Origin: Anolis carolinensis
Taxonomy: Eukaryota
Assembly: GCF_035594765.1 (NCBI RefSeq)
Contig: NC_085842.1
Location: forward strand, 17,398,782-17,462,781
Reading direction: 5' to 3'
DNA: 64,000 nt
Shown: positions 51,924 to 64,000 of the stretch, one piece after another
Numbering within the stretch: position 1 is the first letter of the stretch
Layout of the letters: each line of letters opens with the position of its first letter
Made by a program: the position numbers and the translations under genes
The notes under the pieces: generated by a model
Told to the model about the DNA's origin: nothing
The model's database searches: none
Seen by the model: only the letters and a program-made list of their open reading frames with translations

Positions 51924-54214
51924 CCCCCTTGATGGATTGTCACCTTGCCGTGGTGAGGGGGCTTGCGTGTTCTGATGAACCTGCGGGCACAACCACTGGA
52001 GTCGCACACTCCCAGGAGTGGCCGCAGGGGAGGTTCCAGACCAAGCACAATCCGAAGACCCAAAGACCTCAACGGCGGAGCAGGTGGAGGATAACATGAT
52101 ACATGTTACAACGGCTGTGAAGGCAGAAGAAGGCTGCAACAGACTGAGAAGCCACTCTCATTGTGTTAACCACACCACTGCTGGGACCTCATTCTGTGAA
52201 GACTGTGTGTTGACCGGCCGTGCACCAATCTCCATACATCACGCATAGGCATCTTCCAAGAAAAATTAAAACAAACCAAAAAAGTCCCATGGCGATTAGC
52301 AAGTGGCGACAGGGGCAGGACTGTGAAATCTGGAAGCCCCTAGTCACAGACTGGCACATGGGTGGTGGATATGGACTCAGTCGTTCTACCTCAAGGATCG
52401 AGGCAGTTGAGTAGTCCGGCAGCTGTATCCATGACTGAGCAGCCCTTTTTAGGATCCGCTCTGCTCGCCCCACACGGGGAAGGGGCTAGAAAAGGTGCCC
52501 TAAACATAGTCTGCCTCTCCTACCCTGACTGGACTGCCGCGTCCAGAGGGGTCACCACTCTGCAGCCAAAAAAGAGAAATGAACTTTGGAACATGGAATG
52601 TATGGACACTGTTGGATAACACTGACAGCAAACGCCCCGAACACAGGACTGCTATAATTGCAAGGGAGCTGGGATGCTTTAAGATCGACATAGCAGCTCT
52701 TCAGGAGACCCGGAGAGCAGGAGAGGGACAGCTGAAGGTAGAAAAAGGAGGCTACACCTTCTTCTGGAAGAGACTGCCTGAAGAAAAGCGAAGAATACAC
52801 GGAGTTGGCTTTGCTATCAGAAATGACCTGGTGAAGCACCTGACTTAAGCACCTACTGGCATTAATGAACGACTCTCAATCCTCCAAATTAACCTTGCCA
52901 AAAACCAACAGGCAACCATCATATGTGCCTATGGACCAACACTAGATGCTGACGAAGACATCAAGGAAAATTTTTACTGTCAGCTGGACATCATCCTATC
53001 GGAGATACCTAAGAAGGACAAAATCACCCTCCTGGGGGACTTTAATGCAAGAGTCGGACGGGACTCCGACCTGTGGCCAGGGGTCATAGGAAAAGACGGG
53101 GTCGGAAACAGCAACTCGAATGGCATCTTGCTTCTCACCAAATGTGGAGAGCACAACCTTGTCATCACCAACACACTCTTCCACCAGAAAAACAAGCTCA
53201 AGACATTATGGAAGCACCCCCGGTCAAAGCATTGGCACCTCTTGGACTATGTAATTACACGTGCCAGAGACCGCCGTGATGTGCTTCTCACAAGAGCCAT
53301 GACAGGTGCTGATGACTGCTGGACAGACCACAGGTTAATCCGATCTACGATGGCTATCAAGATTATCCCCAAACGCAGACTCCAAGGAAGAAAACAAGGC
53401 GTAAAATGAACACCCAAGCCCTTCAGGAGCCCTCCAAACGAGCCCTTCACCAAACAACACTCAAGGATCATCTACCCACAGAACACCCCAAAAATGTTGA
53501 GGAACACTGGAACAAACTGAATACCTCCATCATCACAGCCTGTGAAAAAACCATTGGATACCAAACTAAGAAACATCAAGACTAGTTTAACGATAATGAC
53601 AAAGAGCTCCAACAGCTAATTGATAACAAAAGGAAAGCCTTCCAAACATGGCAGAGACACACCAACTGTGCTGCCAAGAAAAAGATTTATGCCAGTGCAA
53701 AAGCTGAGGTCCAAAGAAGGACCAGAGAACTCAAGAACATCTGGTGGACAAAGAAGGCTGAAGAAATCCAACACCTTGCAGATACCCATGATGCTCAGGG
53801 ATTTTTCAAAGCCACAAAGATAATTTACGGACCAAGAAACCATGGCATACACCCCCTACGCTCATCAGATGGAACCAAAATTCTGAAGGACAAAACATCA
53901 ATTGCACTACGTTGGAAAGAGCACTACCAGAACCTGCTGAATCGCAGCTCCAATGTGGCCGAAGAGACCCTCTCACAAATCCTGCAACAACAAACCAGGG
54001 ATGAGCTTGCAGCACTGCCTAGTTTGGAAGAAGTTAGCAATGCCATCAGCCAACAAAAAAACAACAAAGCCAGCGGACCTGATGGGATTCCTGCTGAAAT
54101 CTTCAAAGAGGGTGGATCTGACCTGAAACAACTACTCCACCAGCTCATTGAAAAGGTGTGGGTGTTTGAAGAGAAAATCCCAGCAGACTTCAAGGATGCC
54201 ACCATCATCTCCAC
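51924..54214 (+). mobile_element. RTE-clade LINE 5' portion (duplicate of 14688-16971)
   Basis: Same AP-endonuclease motifs, with its own stop at 52846-52848. Confidence 0.9.
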
Positions 54215-54639
54215 TAGGGGTGCATCCAGACAGCCCTTTAAACCGAGAACATTCGCGTTTGAAAATCCCCCTCCCCCAAAACCCTGATTGAAAGCCCTGA
54301 TCTCAATCACACAAAAGGACAGGTTGTTTCCAAAAAGTATCAAATAACACAAGAGGCCGCAGTTGGCAATGGCAAAGGAATGAGATTTACTTGGGAATCG
54401 GACTCAGGAATCAAAATGGAACCCAGTTTGGGGAAACTTACCTTACAAATCAGTGTCAGCTCCAGTGAGAGAGAACACACTGAAAACTACCCCCAAATGG
54501 TCTCCCTGTCCACTGAAACCCCGCGGGATTCCCACAAGAGTGTCCCAATTCTGCTGGAGAGATTGCGCCGCCTCACGAGGCGGGGCCCAGGGTGTCTCTC
54601 GGGCCCAAGTAAGAGGCCTCAGGGCTGCCAAAGGCCTCG

Positions 54640-55130
54640 CCTGCACAACAGCGGGGAAGGTCCCGAGGGAGGAAGGGAGGGGCCGAGCAGGGGCTTCTCT
54701 CCCGAGTCTCCCCTCCAGGCAGAACGCAGACCCTGCCGGACAAAGGCCTGGCGGCATCCCGGGTGGGTGGTGCGTGGAGGGATCCAGAGAGAGAGGCAGG
54801 AGAGGCCATGGCTCTGGCTGAGGGGCGGAGGAAGGGGCCGGGAAAGCAGTCTCTCCCTCGGGGCCAGGCCTGGGCACACTCACCGGCTGCGGGGCGAGAG
54901 GCTCCGGCCCTGAGGAGGGCGAGGCTGAGGGAGTCGGAGCCCCCAACACACCCACCGAGGGAGGGCCAGGCCTGGCCAAGATGGCGCCCGAGCCCAGGCT
55001 CCTCTCCTCCAAAAGGGACCTCGGGAGGAAGTGCGTCACGGCCTCCTCCCCTCTGAGCATTTCCTGCCTCTCTAGGAAGGGAGAGCCTCTCGCTCTACTT
55101 CCGCCCGGTCTCAAGGAGGGGGCTGCAGGG
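54640..55130 (-). promoter_or_regulatory. CpG-island promoter and non-coding exon 1 of gene C (donor after 54884)
   Basis: YY1 motif at 54977-54988, GGAAGTGCGTCAC, ACTTCCG, CCG|GTGAGT donor. Confidence 0.7.
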
Positions 55131-55156
55131 AAGGCGCCCCAAAAACTACGTTAATA

Positions 55157-55479
55157 CAGTAGAGTCTCACTTATCCAACATTCGCTTATCCAACGTTCTG
55201 GATTATCCAACTCATTTTTGTAGTCAATATTTTCAATACATCGTGATATTTTGGTGGTAAATTCGTAAATACAGTAATTACTATGTAGCATTACTGCCTA
55301 TTGAACTACTTTTTCTGCCAAATTTGTTGTCTAACATGATGTTTTGGTGCTTCATTTGTAAAATCATAACCTAATTTGATGTTTAATAGGCTTTTCCTTA
55401 ATGCCTCCTTATTATCCAACATATTCACTTATCCAACATTCTGCCGGCCCGTTTATATTGGATAAGTGAGACTCTACTG
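55157..55479. mobile_element. Tc1/mariner-type MITE (duplicate of 17929-18251)
   Basis: TIRs and TA TSD. Confidence 0.9.
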
Positions 55480-58380
55480 TATTTATATTTTTAGGTGTTC
55501 TTCATTGTATGAGTTTTAATGTTAGCTGCTTTAAGTTTCTCTTTAGAGGGAAGATGTGAGATATAAATAGTATTACTACTACTACTACTACTAGGTAAAG
55601 GTTTCCCCTGACATTAAGTTCAGTCATGTCTGACTCTGGGGGTTGGTGCTCATCTCCATTTCTAAGCCAAAGAGCCGGCGTTGTCCGTAGACACCTCCAA
55701 GGTCATGTGGCCACTGGCATGACTGCATGGAGCGCCGTTACCTTCCCACCGGAGCGGTAACTATTGATCTACTCACATTGGCATGTTTTTGAACTGCTAG
55801 ATTGGCAGAAGCTGGAGCAACAGCGGGCGCTCACTTTGCTCCTGGGATTTGAACCTGGGACCTTTCGGTCTGCAAGTTCAGCAGCTCAGCGCTTTAACAC
55901 ACTTCGCCACCGCGGCTCCTCCTCCTCCTCCTACTACTACTACTAATAATAACAATAATAATAATTACTCCTCCTATCTGAGAAATATGGTCACAGGCTT
56001 TGAGCAATTTGGTGAAATTTAGCCACGTGTTTATAGCCAAAGCATTCATTGAGTTAAATCCTCATAGAATTGGAAGCGACCTCTTGGCCATCTAGTCCAA
56101 ACCCCTGCCTTGCAGGAAAAGCACAAAGCATCCCTGGCAAATGGCCATCCAGCCTCTGTATATAAGCCTCCAAAAAAAGAACTTCCACCATACTCCGAGG
56201 CAGAGAGTTCCACTGTTGAACAGCTGATAGGGTCAGGAAGTTCTTCCTAAAGTCCAAGTGAAATCTCCTTTCCTGCTATTTTAACCAATTACTCTGAGCC
56301 CTAGTTTCCACTGTGACACTGAGTCCTTGGATACTTCCTCATTCCAAATGCTGGTGGGCGATTTTTATGGTGTCATAAATTAAATTATCCTCCCCGCATA
56401 AGCGGTACCTAAATTCCTAGTTGATAGATGCAACTATCTTTCGGTTGCTTAGGTCAACAACGAGCAGGGCTACTTTTTAATAGTCGGGTGCTCACTCCGA
56501 CACGGGCTGGCTTTGAACTCATGACCTCTTGGTCATAATGATTTATTGCAACTGGCTACTAACCAGCTGCACCACAGCCTCACCCGTACTATAGAATCTT
56601 TCATGGTATTGATGGCGGGTGGAATGTAAGGTAATGGTTTGGATCCCCATTTTCCCTTCTTGAAGATAGGAACATTTGCCCTCCTCCAGTCTGCTGGGAC
56701 TTCTCTCGTTCTCCAAGAATTCTCAAAAATTACTCCTAATGGTTCCGAAACAACGTCTGCTAGTTCCTTCAATACTCTGGGGTGTAGTTCATCTGGCCCT
56801 GGAGGTTTGAATTTGTCTATAGAGTAGCCAGGTAAACTACTTCCTTACATATTTTGGGTTGCATGTCCCCTTTTGCATCATCCGCCCCGTATCGTCTCCT
56901 CTGCATTCTGCTTTCCACTCGCTTCTTTTTTCAATGGGCCACAGATGTTGGGGTGGAGCAGTAGGTTTAGAGCCAAATGACTCACTGAGATAAATCTATG
57001 CCAATCTAAGGCGTTGAATAATTTCAAGTCATTTCCGTATCATGCCAACTCCATCACAGGATTTTTATGGCAATATTTGTTCAGAGGGGTTTGCCATGGC
57101 TGCCTTCCGAGGCTGAGAGTGTGTGGCTCATCCATGGTCAACCAGTGGGTTTTGATGGCCAGCCAGAACCTTGGTCTGCAGAGTCATAGTTATGCGCTCA
57201 AATCCACCGCACAACACTGGCTTCATTCTACACAGAAGGAAATCTGAACCCATTTTGAATACATAATTGGATTTGTTACTTATCCACTGCTAGGCAATTG
57301 GAATTTAGCTTTGAATATACATCAAATATATTTGAATAGTTTTAAGTGTGAATCTTTTCAAGCTGTTTATATTTAATTTTGTTTTGATACCTGCATATTT
57401 GTTTGTTTTGAATGGTGTGCTAACTCCATTCCAGTTCTCTCTTTCTTTCTATCTGTCGTTATAGACCACACACACCCTATTCTAACAAAAACAGTATACA
57501 GTGTTCCCTCACTTATCACAAGGGTTACGTTCCAGGACCACCTGTGAAAAGTGAAAATCTGCGAAGTAGGGACATTATATTTGTGTTGTTTTCAATCTCA
57601 CCGATCCTGCCCGACTGTGTTGTTTACAATCTCACGAAGCTGCTTCAGCCTCCCTTTCTCTCCCTTCGGCTTCTTCGCGAAAAGCAAACTGCAAAGTAGT
57701 GAGGGAACACTGTACATCCTAAGACAGGATCTGTGAGTATTCCACCTGAAAGCACCTCATCCTTCATCAATAGCCTTTCAAATTAATACCAACCACCATT
57801 AAAAAAAAATCAGGTTGTTTGAAGAGCAAGTAAATTGAGTCATGCCGAGAATGATGAAAAGCAAGAGAAAGCAGAGGACAGGTGCCAATAATTCACAAAA
57901 GCTTAGTTGAACAGATCCTATATATTAGGGTAGTCTTTCCCAATATGATCGTTTCTAGACATGTTACATTACCAATGTCCCTTGCAAAATCTTAATAGAT
58001 TGTTTTCTAGTCAGTCTGGAGTAAAGATCAAGGTTGAGGAAAGTTGCTTTAAAGGACAAGAGCAATACTAGTTATTAGTTGCCACAACTACTGCACTTTA
58101 TCACACTCCACTCTTATTAATTGAACTCTGTAATGAGATCCTTAATTCCCTCTTGTAGAATCTGCTGAATTTTATCTTACAGTTTGTATATTATGTTCAG
58201 ACTCTAATGTTATGTTTTGATGTTGATGTTTTATGCTGGTTTGTATGTTTATACTATTTTACTTGTTTTACATTGGTTTAATTATGCTGTGTTTTATTGT
58301 ATGTTGAAACTGGGCTTGTCCCCCATGTGAGCTGCCCCGAGTCCCCTCTGGGGAGATGGGAGCGGGATATAAAAATAAAG

Positions 58381-58444
<64 letters not shown>

Positions 58445-58446
<2 letters not shown>

Positions 58447-59027
58447 TGTATGACACAGCAAACAAGATAGATATGCTGGATTTCGTATCACAAAATCACA
58501 AATCGAACACTTCCCAAGTGTCTAGGACTGTGTAATGTATTTTCGGATGATGCGCGCAGATCCCAGTAGGGTGGCCTTTTGCAGTTGACAGATCGTAATT
58601 TTGTCAATGTCTATTGTTTCCAAATGCTGGCTGAGATCTTTTGGCACGGCACTCAGTGTGCCAATCACCCCCAGGACCACTTGCACTGGTTTCTGCCAGA
58701 ATCTTTGAAGTTCAATCTTGAGGTCCTGATAGCGGCTAGGTTTTTCCTGTTGTTTTTCGTCAATGCGACTGTCACCTGGGATGGCAACATCAATGATCCA
58801 AACCTTTTCCTTTTCCACAACTGTGATGTCTGGTGTGTTTTGTCCCAGAACTTAGTCTGGATTTGGAAGTCCCACAGTATCTTTGCGTGCTCATTTTCCA
58901 TTACCTTTGCAGGTTTGTGATCCCACCAGTTCTTTACTGCTGGGAGGTGGTACTTGAGGCATAAATTCCAATGAATCATTTGGGCCACATAGTTGTGCCT
59001 CTGTTTGTAGTCTGTCTGTGCGATTTT
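58445..59027 (-). mobile_element. Dong/R4-clade 3' fragment (duplicate)
   Basis: Same ORFs as 21257-21723. Confidence 0.8.
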
Positions 59028-59036
59028 CTTCTTCTT

Positions 59037-59067
<31 letters not shown>

Positions 59068-60038
59068 TTATTATTATTATTATTATTATATTAATACTAA
59101 GTGGGAATAACCTTATCTCCCTGTTTGAATGGATTAAATTTGCCTAATTAATTTTCAGCCACAATATTCCAAGCTCACAACTAACCAGATTCTTTCCTTT
59201 AGACCTGTGTAAACAGACTAAGAGCAAAATCATTCTGTTAATATCATAACATACAGAAGAGATTGAGAATTCTAAACAAGCCTTTTCTTCAGGTTAAACT
59301 AGATTTTCACCTACATATTTTAAGAAACACCATATTTTTTTTTTACATTTAATACACACACAAACACATCACTTATTGGATTTATTATTATTTATATGTT
59401 ATAGATAGGACATGAAACATTTGCAGAAACCATTATGCATGAACAGATAGAAAACAGTTCATCAGTGATTCTTTCTTAGTTATTTCATACAAGAAAATTC
59501 AGTCCCACATACATATAACTACATGAAACACAGGGCTGTTAGTCATTAATTAAACCCATTCCCACACTTCAAATCAAACATCTCAATTAAATGTATTTTA
59601 AACCCTGAATATACATGACAGGAAATATTTGCAGTAACTAATGTTCATGAATGGGTAAAAGAAAACCTGAAATATCTTTCGTTTAGCTCTCAAAATATTA
59701 TCACTTTTGCTTAATGAGATATTTCATCAAAGAAAATTGGTCAGATTATTACTTCCCCCAAAAGCCACAGCTTTTTAAATCAGTGTTACCATAACTAAGA
59801 TCCAAGCCCCCTTTGATTTAAAACAAAGAAACTTCTCTTTACCCCATTTCTTTCGTATGGGTTGACAATTAAAAACAAGGCTTGTCTTTCAACTGCAGAT
59901 CTTTGCACACTCCAGTTTTTCTCCACTGCGAGTTGCTTGATGTTAAACAAGGTATGATTTTCGACTGAAGCTCTTTCCACACTCTGAGCATTTAAATGGC
60001 TTCTCTCCTGTGTGAGTTGCCTAATGACTAATAAGTCT

Positions 60039-61699
60039 TCAATTTTGGTTAAAGCTCTTTTCATACTGAAAGCATTTAAAAAGTTTCTCTCCTGTGTGAG
60101 TTGCCTGATGACTAATAAGGACGTCCTTTCGACTGAAGCTCTTTTGACACACTGAGCATTTAAATGGCTTCTCTCCTGTGTGAGTTGCCTGATGACGAAT
60201 AAGGACTTGCTTGTGACTGAAGCTCTTTTGACACACTGAGCATTTAAATGGCTTCTCTCCTGTATGAGTGGCCTGATGATTATGAAGTGTTCCCTTCTGA
60301 CTGAAGCTCTTTTCACACTGCAAGCATTTAAATGGCTTTTCTCCTGTGTGAGTTGCCTGATGAGCAATAAGATTTCCCTTTTGACTGAAGCTCTTTTCAC
60401 ACTGCAGACATTCAAATGGCTTCTCTCCTTTGTGAGTTGCCTGATGATGGATAAGGTCTTGCTTGTGCCTAAAGCACTTTTCACACTGCAAGCATTTAAA
60501 TGGCTTCTCTCCTGAGTGAGTTGCCTGATGAGAAATAAAGGTTCCCTTTCGACTGAAGAACTTTCCACACTGCAAGCAATGAAATGGCTTTAATCCCGTG
60601 TGAGTTGCCTGATGACTAATAAGGCTTCCCTTTTGGCTAAAGCTCTTTTCACACTGCACACATTTAAATGGCTTCTCTCCTGTGTGAGTTGCCTGATGAC
60701 TAATAAGGACGTGTTTTTGACTGAAGCTCTTTTCACACAGCAAGCATTTAAATGGCTTCACTCCTGTGTGAGTTGCTTGATGACGAATAAGGACGTGCTT
60801 GCGACTGAAGCCCTTTTTACACTGCAAGCATTTAAATGGTTTCTGTTCTGTGTGAGTTGCCTGATGACTAATAAGGTTACTCTTTTGAGTGAAACACTTT
60901 TCACACACTAAGCATTTAAATGGCTTCACTCCTGTGTGAGTTGCCTGATGACTAATAAAGGTGCTTTTGTGACTGAAGCTCTTCTCACACTGCAAGCAAT
61001 GAAATGGCTTCACTCCTGTGTGAGTTTCCTGATGACGAATAAGGATGTACTTGTGACTAAAGCACTTTTCACACTGCAAGCATTTAAATGGCTTTACTCC
61101 TGTGTGAGTTGCCTGATGAGCAATAAGGTTTCCCTTTTGGCAAAAGCTCTTTTCACACTGTACACATTTAAATGGCTTCTCTCCTGTGTGAGTTGCCTGA
61201 TGACGAATAAGGCTTCTCTTTTGACTGAAGCTCTTTTCACACTGCAAGCATTTAAATGGCTTCTCTCCTGTGTGAGTTGCCTGATGACTAATAAGGATGT
61301 GTTTGCGACTAAAGCTCTTTTCACACTGCAAGCATTTATATGGCTTTACTCCTGTGTGAGTTGCCTGATGAGCAATAAGGTTTCCCTTTTGACAAAAGCT
61401 CTTTTCACACTGTACGCATTTAAATGGCTTCTCTCCTGTGTGAGTTGCCAGATGACTAATAAGGTTTCTTTTATGACTAAACCTCTTTCCATAGTGCGAG
61501 CATTTAAATAGCTTCTCTCCTTTGTGAATTGCCCTGTGATGAACATAGCTTATCTTCTGAGAGAAACTTTTTCCACATTCCAAAGATTTAAATGGTTCAT
61601 CCCTTCTGTGAGTTTCTTGAGAAAAGGTGAGCGCTTCCTTACTATTGAAATCCATTCCATTTTCCAAATATTTAAACGGTGTCTCCTCTATTGGCATGG
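60039..61699 (-). CDS. C2H2 zinc-finger exon of gene D (duplicate of gene B; upstream exons off-window)
   Basis: 552-aa ORF differing from gene B at 4 residues. Confidence 0.93.
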
Positions 61700-64000
61700 C
61701 TTGAGAACAAGGGAAGGGTGAACATGTGTTGAAAAGAAAAGGTTATATTAAAGTTAAAATGTATACCAGTAACAAAAGTGCATTTAGTCGCAACAGCCCT
61801 TTCCCACAGCCCTATCCAACACTAGATGCTAAAAGAAAAATATCTGTTTTGTTATTGCTCTAAATATTACACCAGGATATAAGTCTCAAAGTAAATTATA
61901 ATGCAACCAGGGAAGTGGAAAATAGAGTTGTTTTCTTTAGCCCTGGTTTCTCTGGCATTCCCTGTACTTCTGGCAAGTAAGGTAAAAACCGTTGATGTGC
62001 CTGATGCCACAAAGGTAGGTGAACTTAACCTCATGGTATCAGGAAGCAGAACAAACAGCAGCATTCAAATTAGAAGCCAGAATTTGTTGCCATTTTTTAA
62101 AGAACTGAATGAACACGCACAGGACTGGAGTTTGACATTCTGTTTCTATTTTGTCATTCCTTATATTATTGATTAAATGTTATTTCTACCACGAGAAATA
62201 ACCCATGAGTCTTTTTCTAAAAAGCCCCAACCTATTTTTGATTTGCTTAACTTCAGAATGGGTAGAGGCATGAGGCAAAACCTATTTTTATATTGTTAGC
62301 TTTGCAAGCGTGCACTGGTATTTATTGTATTATTTTTTGTGTATGAAAAAATGATTACATACATAAATCAAAGTGTGTATTTATGGATTGCAAAGGCTCC
62401 TAAATGGCTTGACAGAACTGGATCAAACTTGGTACATAAACCCTTCATGGACCAATTTAAAATACAGGCCACATTTTATTTAAAAAAGTCACTCCTCTTG
62501 GAGCTTTAGCCCCAAAGACTAAAATAGGTGTATATATAGAGGGAGAAAGAGGGCGCATGTATGTAGATTCACTTCTCTTCAAGGCTTGGCATGTACAACC
62601 TCGCTCTCTCCTGGAGGCTGTACACATGAGCGGGAATGAACCTGACTAACTGAATTCTCACTAGAGAGTTGAAGGGGCCAAACAAAGGCCATCCCAGTTT
62701 GGACATCAACATGGGATATTGCACCTCATTGGAAAAGATAATAATGTTCTGCAAAGTGGAAAGAAGGAGGAAAAGAGAAAGGCTGAATTACAGTGGTTTG
62801 AGCCACTCAAGGAAACCTGCTTATGCGACAACTTGCTTTGGCAACCTTGGTTGGCGGCCCACAAAGGGACACAGACAGATGTGGAGAACGTGTCCCTATA
62901 GACTCCAATCAACATTTCAGCAGTTCTTAATAGCATCAACGATGGTATCCTTCCTTTGTAGATGGGAACTGGAGACATTTTATAGTGGCTCTTTTCCTTC
63001 CTGGAGAGGCAAACCCAGAAAGTGCTGATGGGGGATTCCTGTTCGATCCCTTGCCCATTGACTGTGGGATCCCCCGGGCATCTGTTTGTCCCCTATGTAA
63101 TTAACAGATACAGGAGAGCTCATCCAGAGTTCTGGAGTGTGGTGCCATCTATGGGCAGATGACGCCAAGCTCTACTCCTCCTTTCCAACTAAACCAATGT
63201 CTCTCACCAGTAATGGGCTGGAGGGGGCAAATTGAAACTTAATCCAGAACAGACAGAGGTGCTACAGGTCAGTCAGAAGGCAGATTAAGGGAATATTCAG
63301 CCTGTTCCACAGTTTGGGGGGTTACTCCATGGCCAGGAGTGCCTTGCACATTACAAATTTTTGCACCTACTGCGCCTATTCCTTGAGAGGCCAAATCTTC
63401 CCCTGATGTTGTTGAAGGCTTTCATGGCCGGGATCACAGGGTTGTTGTATGTCTTTCGGACTGTGTGGCCATGTTCCAGAAGTATTCTCTCCTGACGTTT
63501 CGCCCACATCTATGGATGCCTGCCATAGATGTGGGTGAAACGTCAGGAGAGAATACTTCTGGAACATAGCCACACAGCCCAAAAGACATACAACTTCCCC
63601 TGGTGTTACATGTCTTTTATATCCCATCTGGATTATTATAATACACTCTACCTGGGGTAGCATTTGAAGATTTTTAAAACCTTTAGGTGGTCCAAAGAAT
63701 TGCAGTCACTGTTAATTAGGTCTGGTAACAGAGAGAACACAAGTCATTATTGGGCTTTATATCGGGATACATTTGTACCAAGTTCAGAAATTCCAGTTGT
63801 TTCAAAATACGGCAGCCTCTTTCGTTGCAGGAAGATCCAGGAGCGAACATATTACACATATCCTAATGCCACTCCACTGGCTACCAATTAGACTCTGGGC
63901 AAAGTACAAAGTGTTGGTTGTGACCTTTACAGTCCTACATGATTTGGGTCCAGGTTACCTACAGGAATGCCTTCTCCCGTACTATCAGCCCCAAACACTT

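Larger units (their letters stand above)
49785..64000 (+). repeat. Segmental duplication, copy 2 (of 13270-26734), running off the window
   Basis: Collinear near-identity with copy 1. Confidence 0.95.

Overview
Vertebrate genomic DNA, very probably a squamate such as an Anolis lizard (Sauria SINEs, Vingi, BovB, Dong/R4, Penelope, CR1 and L2 elements are all present). The window is a tandem cluster of minus-strand SCAN-KRAB-C2H2 zinc-finger genes. Gene A has its SCAN to KRAB exons at 448-2685 and its ZnF exon lies off-window. Gene B (22773-31637) has two tandem SCAN exons and 16 intact fingers. Gene C (40561-49747) has 14 intact fingers. Gene D is represented only by its ZnF exon (60039-61699), a near-identical copy of B. 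A fifth 'ghost' copy (about 11428-17900) lost all coding exons by two deletions but kept its promoter and exon 1. Segment 13270-26734 is duplicated at 49785-64000. The most novel observation is a nest of three solo LTRs at 36535-38885. The host LTR carries a U3-filling ORF with three tandem helix-acidic-FxGF motifs that resemble the LEDGF-IBD/TFIIS-N-terminal-domain binding motifs of JPO2/IWS1/MLL1, and a nested LTR encodes an HMGN-like RRSARLA motif. Together these suggest LTR-encoded chromatin-adaptor mimics. Other highlights are a recognition-helix swap confined to one finger between B and D, an HDV-like ribozyme in an inverted Vingi insertion, and a Penelope hammerhead core. All family names come from pattern recognition and recall, not database searches.
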